Counted from the first letter of the stretch, positions 37,908 to 47,466 are shown. The stretch is DNA of 64,000 bases from Candidatus Altimarinota bacterium (GCA_046314355.1 JBKBWQ010000001.1:352001-416000), one strand, 5' to 3'. Numbers and translations: made by a program. Notes: generated by a model not told the origin, from the sequence alone.

Positions 37908-39743
37908 TTGTTTTTGCTAAAGTTTTCTCAATATTTACTGTCATCTATCATGTCGATACAATTATCATCAACTGTTACATTTAGATCTATAAACGCATTT
38001 GAAGAGATCACTTTACCTGATTTTGTTGTCATTACAGGAGTAAATGGATCTGGAAAATCACATTTATTGAATGGTATTTCTACTAATAATACTATTCATA
38101 TTTCTTCTAATGGGGCTGAGCTTATCAAAAAAAAGATAGTTAATAGTGCTTCGCTTGCTCCTTCGGGTAACTACCAAGTAACTCAACAGGATATATTATC
38201 GCGTTCACAAAATGTGTTAAATATATATCAAAATTATAAAAAGGAAAAAGAAAGAAATCCTTCTTATACAGTTGAACAAGCGTTTAGTCCTCATAGAAAC
38301 CTTTTCAAAACCGTAACAAGACTTGCTAGTACGGCAGGAAAACATATTGAGGAATTAGAGAGTAATGACTTTTACGATTCGTATCCGCTTGCTGATGGGC
38401 TAGATGAACAAGATATATTTTACCAAAATTTTTCATTTTTATTTAAACATTATCATACAAAGTATCTAGATAACAAATTTGCTCAGTTTATGAATGCTAG
38501 CGAAGGAGGAGCAATAAACTTTCTTACACATGAGCAGTTTGTCGCCAAGTATGGGGAAGCACCATGGAACTTTGTAAATAAGATACTCCAAGAAGCAAAT
38601 CTTGGGTATCACGTTATTTCACCAGAAAAAAATCTAAATCGTGATGCGCCATTTGAGCTAAAACTAATAAGCGACACAAACGGGATACAAATAATGTTTG
38701 ATGATTTATCTTCCGGAGAGAAGGTTTTAATGTCTCTAGCATTATCAATTTATAACTCAACATTAGAAGATATTGATTTCCCTCAAGTTTTATTAATGGA
38801 TGAACCAGATGGACCATTACATCCATCAATGGCAAAACAGTTCCTTGATGTTATACAGAATGTATTTGTAAAAGAGAAAGGGGTTAAAGTTATTATAACA
38901 ACTCACTCTGCTTCAACAGTAGCGCTTGCACCTGAAGAAGCAATTTACATAATGAACAAGACATCTCCACGTCTAGAGAAATCAACAAAAGATAAGGCAT
39001 TAAAAGTATTAACAGCTGGCGTCCCCTCTTTAAGTATTAACTATGAGAATAGAAAACAGGTCTTTGTAGAAAGCAAGTATGATGCCAGTATCTATGATAA
39101 AACATATACAGTAATCAAACAATATCTTGAGCCTGAGATCTCCCTTAGCTTTATTTCTTCAGGAAAAAAAGGAGTTGGTAGTTGTTCACAAGTCGTTGAC
39201 GTCGTAACACAGTTACATAGCTTTGGTAATCATGATATATTTGGAATAATAGATAGAGATAGTAATAATAAAGAAAGTGAAAAGGTTTTTATACTCGGAA
39301 CTGATCAGCGTTATAGTATAGAAAATTACTTATTTGATCCTGTTGTCATAGCTGCATTTTTGCTTAAAGAAAAAATGATATCTAAACATCAAGTTGGTCT
39401 TTCAAATGAAGAGAACTATATTGATATTAGAAATTTTGAAGGTGATAGACTACAAGTTGTAGTAGATAAATTCATTCCTCTTTTAAATGATGCAAGTCTG
39501 ATTACTACTAATACTCGAACCTGCTATTACTTAAATGACAAGTCAGTAGATATCCCTACAGGATTTCTTGAAACAAATGGTCACGAGTTAGAGACAAAAC
39601 TTAAACAAGTGTTTCCTGAGCTGAATAAGTATCATCAAGAAGGTGACTTAAAACTAGCCATTATTGACCATGTATTTGAAGATATGCATGCTATTATTCC
39701 AAAAGATTTTGTATTACTTTTTACAAAGATTCAAAATAATTGA
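37908..39743 (+). CDS. ABC/AAA_21-type ATPase fused to a TOPRIM (DUF4435-like) domain; PARIS/OLD-like defence protein
   Basis: ITGVNGSGKS, LSSGEK, LLMDEPD..LHP, ITTHS; VFVES..D, GIIDRD, YSIENY, GH; true start may be MSIQL. Confidence 0.8.
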   Translation: MFLLKFSQYLLSSIMSIQLSSTVTFRSINAFEEITLPDFVVITGVNGSGKSHLLNGISTNNTIHISSNGAELIKKKIVNSASLAPSGNYQVTQQDILSRSQNVLNIYQNYKKEKERNPSYTVEQAFSPHRNLFKTVTRLASTAGKHIEELESNDFYDSYPLADGLDEQDIFYQNFSFLFKHYHTKYLDNKFAQFMNASEGGAINFLTHEQFVAKYGEAPWNFVNKILQEANLGYHVISPEKNLNRDAPFELKLISDTNGIQIMFDDLSSGEKVLMSLALSIYNSTLEDIDFPQVLLMDEPDGPLHPSMAKQFLDVIQNVFVKEKGVKVIITTHSASTVALAPEEAIYIMNKTSPRLEKSTKDKALKVLTAGVPSLSINYENRKQVFVESKYDASIYDKTYTVIKQYLEPEISLSFISSGKKGVGSCSQVVDVVTQLHSFGNHDIFGIIDRDSNNKESEKVFILGTDQRYSIENYLFDPVVIAAFLLKEKMISKHQVGLSNEENYIDIRNFEGDRLQVVVDKFIPLLNDASLITTNTRTCYYLNDKSVDIPTGFLETNGHELETKLKQVFPELNKYHQEGDLKLAIIDHVFEDMHAIIPKDFVLLFTKIQNN

Positions 39744-39753
39744 ATACAGTTAT

Positions 39754-39825
39754 ATTCGTCAAATAGAACGTAAGGTGAGCTTTGATCAGATCATCAAAAA
39801 TATCTTCTTGAACTCTTTTATATTA
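39754..39825 (+). pseudogene. Relic of a paralogous serine recombinase 3' region
   Basis: IRQIERKVSFDQIIKNIFLN versus IRKIETMESLDKIIGNIFLN in the intact recombinase (47278-47347); shared DNA AAATATCTTCTTGAACT. Confidence 0.75.
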
Positions 39826-39860
39826 GCAATTAATTATTCTCAAACATATAGCTCAATTCT

Positions 39861-42800
39861 GTGAATAACATCATATTAAAAATCAAACTTTTTTACCAAA
39901 AAATATTATACTTTTTTTCTAAAAGAATGGATTACGACTCATGGTCTGCACAGCATCTCTCAAGCATAACAAGTAAGGCAGGTGAACGTTATAGTCCTAG
40001 GCTAAATATTGGTACTTCAACTTCAGAGTTATTTGATGATATGAGCAGATCAAAGATTTTCTATACCAATGTTAGGAAAAAATATGGGAATCTTATTAGA
40101 GAATTTAGACGAATTGATGCTAATCATGAGAGTGAGACACTTCAAGAACATTACAATAATGTTGCTTCTAAATTTAGTACTCTACTAGAAACAATAGGAG
40201 CTATAAAAGAATATAGTACAGCTACTATCCCATGGGATAGTATTGCAGAATGTTCTAAAAAGTTAGTAGAAAGTCTACGTGCCTTTACATATATTCTCCA
40301 AGAAGAAGAGATAAAGGAAAGCAATAAAGTAACAGATTCAAAAGATAATGGAACTGGTTACCGTTATACTCTTTCTGAAAGGTATAAATCAGATCGACAA
40401 CACTGTTATAGAGTAATGGAAATGGTTAACTATTTTTTTAAATATTCAACTAGTAGCGCCGCTGAGTTAACAAATAATCCATTTTTACTTTTAACCGGTT
40501 CCGCCGGTAGTGGAAAAACTCATCTTTTATGTGACCTTATTGAAAACAGAATAAATGGAGCTATTAAGCTACCAACTTTTTTAGTATTTGGTGAGTTATT
40601 CTCAAATAGTGACAATAAAGATTTCTGGTCTCAATTCATTGAACAGTTGAACTTAGAAAATACAACTAATAATAAAGAAGGTTTCTTACATGAAATTAAC
40701 CAATTAGGAAAGGAACGTAATTGTCGTTCTTTAATTATCATTGATGCACTAAACGAAAATATACTGCATTCACCTTTATTTTGGAAAAATAATATTACAA
40801 GTATACTCTCTGACATAAAGAAATATCCCAATATTGGATTCGTCATCAGCATTAGGGGCGGGTTTGAAGAAGATGTTTTAACTGAAGACCAGAAAAAAGA
40901 GTTTACTTTATTTGAACATAAAGGTTTTCTCTTTAAAGAATGGGAAGCCATATATAAGTTTTTTAGTGAATTTTCATTACCCTTACCAGAACTACCTCTA
41001 CTTGTACCTGAGTTTCAGAACCCATTGTTTCTTCTATTATTTTGTAAGGCTTTTAAAAAGAAAAAGAATAAACAGAACAAACAAATCTTTAGAGGCCATG
41101 AAGGTGCTACTTATATTTTTGAAAACTTTGTTGATAGTGTTTCAGAGAAAATTGCAGATACATTTAGTATACCAAACGGGTCTGGTAAAAATATCTGGGA
41201 TTTAGTTATTGAGAAAGTAGCTGAAAGTATGGTTCAGGAGAATAGTGATTTTATATTGGAAGATAAGCTTATAGAAATAATTAGGAATGCATTCCCACAT
41301 ATTGAAGGCATGAAGCTAATTATAGCATTAGAAAATAATATGCTCTTAACAAAGATTCCATATAATAAAACTTTTCGATATAGATTTCCTTTTCAAAAGT
41401 TCAGTGATCATTTAATTGGAAGATTTATTTTCAAAAAATATGAAGCTAAATATGGCAAACAAAATAAAAATATTACTACCGCGATAGAGTTTTTTTCTAA
41501 AGATACAGACTTAGGAACATTCTTATTCAAACATGTAAATATAGGCATCATTCAGGCACTCTCAATTCAATGTCCAGAGCACCTTAAAGGTATAGAATTC
41601 ATAGAAGTCTTACCTTATTTTGATGAAGATCCATACTTTTTAGATATTATGAAAGAAGCATTTGTAGAAAGCATAATATGGAGAAATCCTAAAGCCTTCT
41701 CAAAAGATTTGCTAAATACACTCCGTATCGTTAACGATCATATTATTACATCAACTAGAACTAACGACGCTTTCTTAAATGCCTTACTTACAATATCACA
41801 AGTTCCAACTCATCCTTTCAATGCTCAATTTCTATATAAACATCTGAACGATATGGATATGCCAGACCGTGATGCATGGTGGTCATCATTCTTGCATAGA
41901 GAATTTGAGAATAGAAGTGCAGTAGATAGAATTCTTGGATGGGTCAATACAAGTCAAGCTTCATCAGTAGTAAAAGAAGAAGCCCTCTTTTTAATTTCAG
42001 TCACTTTGTCATGGTTTCTTACATCATCTAATCGCTACATTAGAGATAAAGCAACTAAGGGACTTGTAATAATCTTAAATAAAAATATTGCTGTCTTATA
42101 TAAACTATTAAAAAGGTTTGAAGATACTAATGATTTATATGTTCTAGAGCGATTATGTGCTGTCGCTTATGGATGTGCACTACTTAACAAAGAGGATTCT
42201 TTAAATTTAAAGATACTAGGTGAGTATTTATATTCAACTTTTTTCATAACTAAATCACCGCTTCCACATATACTAATAAGAGATTATGCACGAGGTACTA
42301 TAGAAGCTATTACAGCTAATCAAATCGTATTAGACATCGAAGTAATAAATACAATCCCACCTTATAAAAGTTTATGGCCAAAAGAAATTCCTACAGAAGA
42401 AGAGTTGAAGACAAAATACTATGTAAATAAGGACTATTCGGCAATCTGGTCATCGTTAATGTATAAATATGGAGGATTTCCAGCTGATTTTGGAAATTAC
42501 GTCGTAAGCTCCTCCTTAGGTGCATGGACTAATAAGTCGCTAGAGTCTTTAGAAATAGCTAAAGAAAAGTTACTAGAAAAATTTCTCGCAGATCTAAATG
42601 AACATCAAAAAGAATCATGGAAAAAGATTTCTCCTTTTTATGGTTTAGACTTAGCATCTCTATTTAAAGACTTAGAGATTCAATCTGATAAACTTTCTAA
42701 TAAAGAAGAATTAAAAGAAAATCTACACGCTGAGAAGGATAGAAGAGAAAAGGCTATTACTAACTTTAAAGCGGCATTATCGTCAGCTCAGTGTCTCTAT

Positions 42801-44024
42801 TTTGAAAAGGAATTGCAACCTTATCTCAACGAAAATTTAACTATGAATGATCCAACAGAGTTTTTTGATACAGGTATTGCCCAAAGGTGGATTCTTAATA
42901 GAGTAATAGAACTTGGCTTTGATCCAAGTATACATAATGATTTCGACAATAGTATTAACTACGGAGCGGATCGTACTGATCATAAAGCAGAGCGGATAGG
43001 AAAAAAATATCAATGGATAGCATTTCATGAATTCATTGCATTAGTATCAGATCATTTCGCATTTAGAGGTGAACGGCTTACAAATAACTCTGAACATAAT
43101 TATGAAGGACCGTGGATACCTTATATACGTGACATAGATCCATCGTTTATCATAAAAGATGATACTAATTTAAAAAGATCTATAAATTTATCAGATTGGA
43201 AAAAAAAGTACTTGGATTATTCTGCTTGGCTAGAAGGTAAAACTTATAGCGACTGGCTCACGCAATGTGACGATATGCCAGATATAAAGCATGTAATTAA
43301 TTTATCTGATGATAATAACAATGAGTGGTTCACATTAGAAGGTAACTTTACGTGGGAAGAAGAGGTTCCTCCTGAGCATGAAAAATACACTATTGCAACT
43401 AGAGCTGCTTTTTATCTAGTAAAAAGCTATCTTGTAAAAAAAGAAGATTCCAAAAGATTCTATACCTGGGGAGAAGCACAAGATTTTATGGGAAACTGGA
43501 TGCCACAATCAAATAACTTTTATGAAGTTTTCTTAGGTGAATATCCTAATTCGTTAGCTTTTAATAACATCAGAGATGATTACAATGTCAATAGACCTGT
43601 TGGAGATGAAAATATTCCAGTCATAGTAACAGACGATATCTACTTAAATGAATTTACATTAGATTGTTCATATAACCATAGTATCTCAATACATTTGCCG
43701 TCAAAATGGTTAGTTGAGCAAATGTCATTAAAGCAACAATATACGGATGGAAGATTTTTTGATGAAAGCGGAGAATTAGTTGCTATGCCTTATAATATAT
43801 TTGATGCTGAACGCCCTTCCATGTTATTAATAAATAAAGATAAATTCTCTCGTTTTTTAGATAAAAAAGGTTATAGTATCTTTTGGATTTGCCAAGGTAA
43901 AAAACACATTATAGGTGGAGATAGAACAGCCAAAGAGGGTAGAGTAAAAATGAATGGTATCTTTACACTTAATGATAAAGGTAAAATCATAGGTAAGCTA
44001 GATAGAAAATTTCTTAAAGATTAA
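39861..44024 (+). CDS. Avs2-like STAND NTPase (AVAST type 2), N-terminal effector apparently missing
   Basis: GSAGSGKTHLLCD, IIDALNE, NPLFL, RDAWWS, RDKATK, D.YVLER, RDYARG, DFGNY, ERIGKKYQWIA, RDIDPS. Confidence 0.8.
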   Translation: MNNIILKIKLFYQKILYFFSKRMDYDSWSAQHLSSITSKAGERYSPRLNIGTSTSELFDDMSRSKIFYTNVRKKYGNLIREFRRIDANHESETLQEHYNNVASKFSTLLETIGAIKEYSTATIPWDSIAECSKKLVESLRAFTYILQEEEIKESNKVTDSKDNGTGYRYTLSERYKSDRQHCYRVMEMVNYFFKYSTSSAAELTNNPFLLLTGSAGSGKTHLLCDLIENRINGAIKLPTFLVFGELFSNSDNKDFWSQFIEQLNLENTTNNKEGFLHEINQLGKERNCRSLIIIDALNENILHSPLFWKNNITSILSDIKKYPNIGFVISIRGGFEEDVLTEDQKKEFTLFEHKGFLFKEWEAIYKFFSEFSLPLPELPLLVPEFQNPLFLLLFCKAFKKKKNKQNKQIFRGHEGATYIFENFVDSVSEKIADTFSIPNGSGKNIWDLVIEKVAESMVQENSDFILEDKLIEIIRNAFPHIEGMKLIIALENNMLLTKIPYNKTFRYRFPFQKFSDHLIGRFIFKKYEAKYGKQNKNITTAIEFFSKDTDLGTFLFKHVNIGIIQALSIQCPEHLKGIEFIEVLPYFDEDPYFLDIMKEAFVESIIWRNPKAFSKDLLNTLRIVNDHIITSTRTNDAFLNALLTISQVPTHPFNAQFLYKHLNDMDMPDRDAWWSSFLHREFENRSAVDRILGWVNTSQASSVVKEEALFLISVTLSWFLTSSNRYIRDKATKGLVIILNKNIAVLYKLLKRFEDTNDLYVLERLCAVAYGCALLNKEDSLNLKILGEYLYSTFFITKSPLPHILIRDYARGTIEAITANQIVLDIEVINTIPPYKSLWPKEIPTEEELKTKYYVNKDYSAIWSSLMYKYGGFPADFGNYVVSSSLGAWTNKSLESLEIAKEKLLEKFLADLNEHQKESWKKISPFYGLDLASLFKDLEIQSDKLSNKEELKENLHAEKDRREKAITNFKAALSSAQCLYFEKELQPYLNENLTMNDPTEFFDTGIAQRWILNRVIELGFDPSIHNDFDNSINYGADRTDHKAERIGKKYQWIAFHEFIALVSDHFAFRGERLTNNSEHNYEGPWIPYIRDIDPSFIIKDDTNLKRSINLSDWKKKYLDYSAWLEGKTYSDWLTQCDDMPDIKHVINLSDDNNNEWFTLEGNFTWEEEVPPEHEKYTIATRAAFYLVKSYLVKKEDSKRFYTWGEAQDFMGNWMPQSNNFYEVFLGEYPNSLAFNNIRDDYNVNRPVGDENIPVIVTDDIYLNEFTLDCSYNHSISIHLPSKWLVEQMSLKQQYTDGRFFDESGELVAMPYNIFDAERPSMLLINKDKFSRFLDKKGYSIFWICQGKKHIIGGDRTAKEGRVKMNGIFTLNDKGKIIGKLDRKFLKD

Positions 44025-44054
44025 AAAACATTAATATATTTTATAAATCATTAC

Positions 44055-44207
44055 ATGGCTCAAGAATCAACACCTCCTACAGGCTCTCTGCCTCAGATAA
44101 TCGCAGCATCACAAAACACAAGTAGTCAATTACCACCAAATGTAGTACTTGGCAATAACGGGGAAAGAATTACCTTAACAGGAGCTAGTCATGTACAGCC
44201 TAAGTAG
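44055..44207 (+). CDS. 50-aa microprotein (not in ORF track)
   Basis: MAQESTPPTGSLPQIIAASQNTSSQLPPNVVLGNNGERITLTGASHVQPK*; fills the gap, co-oriented with neighbours. Confidence 0.45.
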   Translation: MAQESTPPTGSLPQIIAASQNTSSQLPPNVVLGNNGERITLTGASHVQPK

Positions 44208-44253
44208 TACTTGAACTAACACTAATAGTAGATATGTATTTAATTACATATAT

Positions 44254-44667
44254 ATGGGGGATCAGAAAATTAAAGTGTATCAAAGAGTAAGATATCTTGT
44301 TTCACTTGGTATTAGTTCACCTACTATAATCTTAGAAGAGATTCCAGAAATAAAGCAGTGGAGAACGGCTAAGAAATACATTGATCAAGCAATAGAAGAA
44401 ATTACTTTACATGAGACTGATACAGCAATAGAACGTAGCCACATGATAGAGTCTTTAAAAGAACTTAGAAGTAATCTAGCTTTAAAGATAAGCAAAACTG
44501 CTCATTTGAATCAATACATAGGAGGAATCAAGCAATTACTTTCTATTAATGCTCAGTTAATAGAACTGAAAGGATTGAAGATTATGAAAGATGAAAAGAA
44601 GCAGTCGTGGGAAGAGTATATTAGAGATGCAGAAGTATCATTAGATCTTCTCCAAGCTTCAGCATAA
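44254..44667 (+). CDS. Helical HTH-like protein, possibly terminase small subunit-like
   Basis: N-terminal HTH-like segment (LGISSPTII...WRTAKKYI), long helices, ELKGL; function tentative. Confidence 0.5.
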   Translation: MGDQKIKVYQRVRYLVSLGISSPTIILEEIPEIKQWRTAKKYIDQAIEEITLHETDTAIERSHMIESLKELRSNLALKISKTAHLNQYIGGIKQLLSINAQLIELKGLKIMKDEKKQSWEEYIRDAEVSLDLLQASA

Positions 44668-44700
44668 AAAAGCCCTAGTAGAAATACTAGAGCTTTTTTT
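44666..44700. terminator. Bidirectional terminator
   Basis: AAAAAAGCCCTAGTA GAAA TACTAGAGCTTTTTTT between convergent genes. Confidence 0.7.
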
Positions 44701-44714
44701 ATATGTTTAAACTC

Positions 44715-45551
44715 TTATTCAATAATTTGTATATTATCACCATCTAGGGTCATTGTAGCCACGATAGTATTCGTTACAATAGCTCCAAAAGCATTTGTGC
44801 CTCTAAATGCTGTAGTTACTCTCATCGTGCTTTCTGCCTCATTTACAGCATAGGTAGTCATCACATGCTCATAGCTTTTAGGATTATTCATACCTGCTTT
44901 AATAAGCTTTGTAAGTTCAATATGTGATCCATCCCATTTACTAAACTGTTTTTCAATTCTTTCAGTCTTTTGTTTAGCTTCGTCTTCTTTCTGTTTAATA
45001 GCCTCAGCTTCTTTCTTCTTTGCTTCCTCCTCTTTTTGAGCTGTGATGTATTCTTCACGCTTATTAATATTCACACTTAATTTTGCTATAAAAATCTTAT
45101 TTAAGTTAGCATTATCTACATACACTTTCTCAAGTTTACCTTCTTTCAAGAGAGTCACTTCATTGTCATTGAGCTGCATTAAAGAGTCTTTCAGGAATGC
45201 TTCAGACTGTACCTTCTTAATCTTCTCTTCTAGAGCAATGGCTGGATTGTCCTTTGAACTATATAGCTCCTTTGATTGATTAACTGATTCTAAGGCTTTA
45301 TCTATCTGTTGTTCGCTCAAATACGTCTCTGCTTGTACTGCTAGTTTCAGTGCATCTTCTTTATTTTTTGCTGCGTTATTTCCTATACTAATGAATACAA
45401 GAATACAAAGAACTGTTATTCCTATTTTTATCCACTTATTCCATGTTGTTTTGGTCCATACTAAGTAGGGAACCAAGACATAAAAAAATACAATCGTGAG
45501 TAGAATACCCCACCATTTAGAATACCAATTCTTCTTCACAGTTGCATCCAT
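44715..45551 (-). CDS. Membrane-anchored hypothetical protein
   Basis: Two N-terminal TMs, coiled coil, C-terminal FSKWDGSH...NPKSYEHV...FRGTNAFG domain. Confidence 0.75.
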   Translation of the reverse strand: MDATVKKNWYSKWWGILLTIVFFYVLVPYLVWTKTTWNKWIKIGITVLCILVFISIGNNAAKNKEDALKLAVQAETYLSEQQIDKALESVNQSKELYSSKDNPAIALEEKIKKVQSEAFLKDSLMQLNDNEVTLLKEGKLEKVYVDNANLNKIFIAKLSVNINKREEYITAQKEEEAKKKEAEAIKQKEDEAKQKTERIEKQFSKWDGSHIELTKLIKAGMNNPKSYEHVMTTYAVNEAESTMRVTTAFRGTNAFGAIVTNTIVATMTLDGDNIQIIE

Positions 45552-45569
45552 AGAAAAAAGTTAACAAAC

Positions 45570-45697
45570 AAAAAAGGACGTACGTGGTTGACCCAATACG
45601 CCTGCCATACGGTAGCCTTATTGGCACGTACGCCCACCTCTGGCAATAAAGCAGGAATGAGCGTGCCACATGGCATGTTTAGGCAAATTGGGTCAAC
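45570..45697 (-). ncRNA. Cloverleaf leader RNA (C4/CI-antisense-like architecture)
   Basis: GC-rich; 11-bp closing stem GTTGACCCAAT/ATTGGGTCAAC enclosing three hairpins; downstream CACGTACGTCC complements internal GGGCGTACGTG, followed by a T-run. Confidence 0.6.
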
Positions 45698-45703
45698 ACT
45701 TGG

Positions 45704-45731
45704 AGTGTAGCAGATATCCAATACATCGCAA
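45704..45731 (-). promoter_or_regulatory. Promoter for the leader RNA
   Basis: TTGCGA-N16-TACACT with extended TG; predicted start coincides with the 5' end of the stem. Confidence 0.55.
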
Positions 45732-45804
45732 TCTTAAGATAAAAAACACTACTAACAAAAAAGTCTTCTGCTAAAATCTACTTATCAATTTCTGTATCTA
45801 TACA

Positions 45805-47466
45805 ATGACAATACAAAGCCCTGAGGAGCTTCTCGAACTCTTTCTTGAGGAACAATCCACGAATTCGGATTATATAGCTCCTGAGAGCTATAAATACGTT
45901 ATTTACGTGCGTAAATCACAGGAAAGCCAAGAAAGGCAAGTACGTTCATTAGGTGATCAAGTTGCGGAGTGCAACGCACTTGCAAAAGGTAAATTTAAGA
46001 TAGTAGATATTATTCAAGAATCTGAGTCAGCAAAGGAACCCGGTATCCGTCCTAAGTTCAACAAAATGCTCGAAGACTTCAGGAAAGGAAAGTATGATGG
46101 GATAATAGCTTGGCATCCCGATCGATTAGCTCGAAACATGAAAGAGGGCGGAGAAATCATTGATATGATTGATAAAGGAATTATTAAAGATTTGAAATTT
46201 GTTAGTTATACATTTACCAATGATACATCTGGAAAAATGCTACTAGGTATGGCATTTGTTTTCTCAAAGCAGTATTCAGATAAACTAAGTGATGATGTCA
46301 CAAGAGGTAATCTAAGAAGTCTAGGAGATGGTAAGTTCTTAAATAAAGGTAAACATGGTTATGTTAAAGATAGAAATTTATTACTCAGAGCAGATGGAGA
46401 AAGCTTTATGCTTTTAAAGAAGGCATGGGATATGCGCCTTGATAGTAAGAACCTAGAACAAATTGCTCAGTTTTTAAATGATAATAACTACACAGTTAAG
46501 TACTCTGATAAACATGAGCGTAAAATATTTACAGTTGATAAAAAGTTTTTATCAAACTTTTTTAAAGATCCTTTGTACTGTGGAGTTCTTCATTATGGAG
46601 ATGAATTCGTAAACTTAAATGAGAAATATGATTTTGTACCTATGGTCAGCGCAGAAACATACTGCAAAGTAAATAAGATTAGTACACGTACTTTCAATGC
46701 CAGAAGAACAGAGAAACAATCTATACGAGCTAACTTACTTAGAGGGCAAGTATTCTGTGGGTATTGTGAAGAACCTTTTGTATCAGGCCTTACAAAGAAG
46801 AAAAATGCTGATTCTATCACTGAGTACTATTACTACAGATGTGATAACGACTCTTGTAGTCAGTTAAATAAATCTGTTAGAGCTCACGTAGTAACAAATT
46901 TTGTATATGACTTCCTAGATACTCATTCAATTGCAACTGAGGAAATATATAAGATTTATAAAGAGCAATCATCCATCCTCATTAAAGATAAGATTGCAGA
47001 ACAGGACAGTAGAGCAAAGTCCTTAAATACGAAACTGAATAGTAATGAAGAATCAATTAAAAACACAAAGAGCCTTCTAACTACTATGATAAATAAAGCA
47101 GACTCAGGCGATCATATTATAATACAGGACCTTGAAGATGACTTGAAAAAGCAATTAGCTCTAAAGCATCAGTTGAAACAAGAGATAGATGACGTTCACG
47201 AAGTAAAAAAACAAATCAAGACCGTTATTTTAGATTTAGCGAAATATCTTGAACTTTCTGCGGAATTGCCCTCTAGGATTCGAAAAATAGAGACTATGGA
47301 GAGCCTTGATAAGATCATTGGAAATATCTTCTTGAACTTTTATATTAAGGACAAGAAAGTGACTTCCTATCAGCTAAAAGAGCCTTTTGCATCTTTATTT
47401 AAGGCTTCAATTTCTAAGAAATCGTCTATGGTGGGCCCAGTTGGACTTGAACCAACGACCAATTGA
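45805..47466 (+). CDS. Large serine recombinase (integrase)
   Basis: YVRKSQES...SLGDQ, ESAK, DRLARN, recombinase domain, Zn ribbon CGYC...YYRCDNDSC, coiled coil; last 12 codons overlap the tRNA. Confidence 0.93.
   Translation: MTIQSPEELLELFLEEQSTNSDYIAPESYKYVIYVRKSQESQERQVRSLGDQVAECNALAKGKFKIVDIIQESESAKEPGIRPKFNKMLEDFRKGKYDGIIAWHPDRLARNMKEGGEIIDMIDKGIIKDLKFVSYTFTNDTSGKMLLGMAFVFSKQYSDKLSDDVTRGNLRSLGDGKFLNKGKHGYVKDRNLLLRADGESFMLLKKAWDMRLDSKNLEQIAQFLNDNNYTVKYSDKHERKIFTVDKKFLSNFFKDPLYCGVLHYGDEFVNLNEKYDFVPMVSAETYCKVNKISTRTFNARRTEKQSIRANLLRGQVFCGYCEEPFVSGLTKKKNADSITEYYYYRCDNDSCSQLNKSVRAHVVTNFVYDFLDTHSIATEEIYKIYKEQSSILIKDKIAEQDSRAKSLNTKLNSNEESIKNTKSLLTTMINKADSGDHIIIQDLEDDLKKQLALKHQLKQEIDDVHEVKKQIKTVILDLAKYLELSAELPSRIRKIETMESLDKIIGNIFLNFYIKDKKVTSYQLKEPFASLFKASISKKSSMVGPVGLEPTTN

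Larger units (their letters stand above)
37613..47434. mobile_element. ~9.8-kb defence island integrated at the tRNA-Ile2 3' end by a large serine recombinase
   Basis: Direct repeat TATGGTGG at 37613-37620 and 47427-47434 (tRNA CCACCA end); recombinase abuts the tRNA; visibly AT-richer; defence-type cargo. Confidence 0.8.

Noticed and set aside
45536-45721. 61-aa ORF on the minus strand
   Set aside because: It starts inside the predicted promoter and coincides with a strongly base-paired region better explained as RNA structure.
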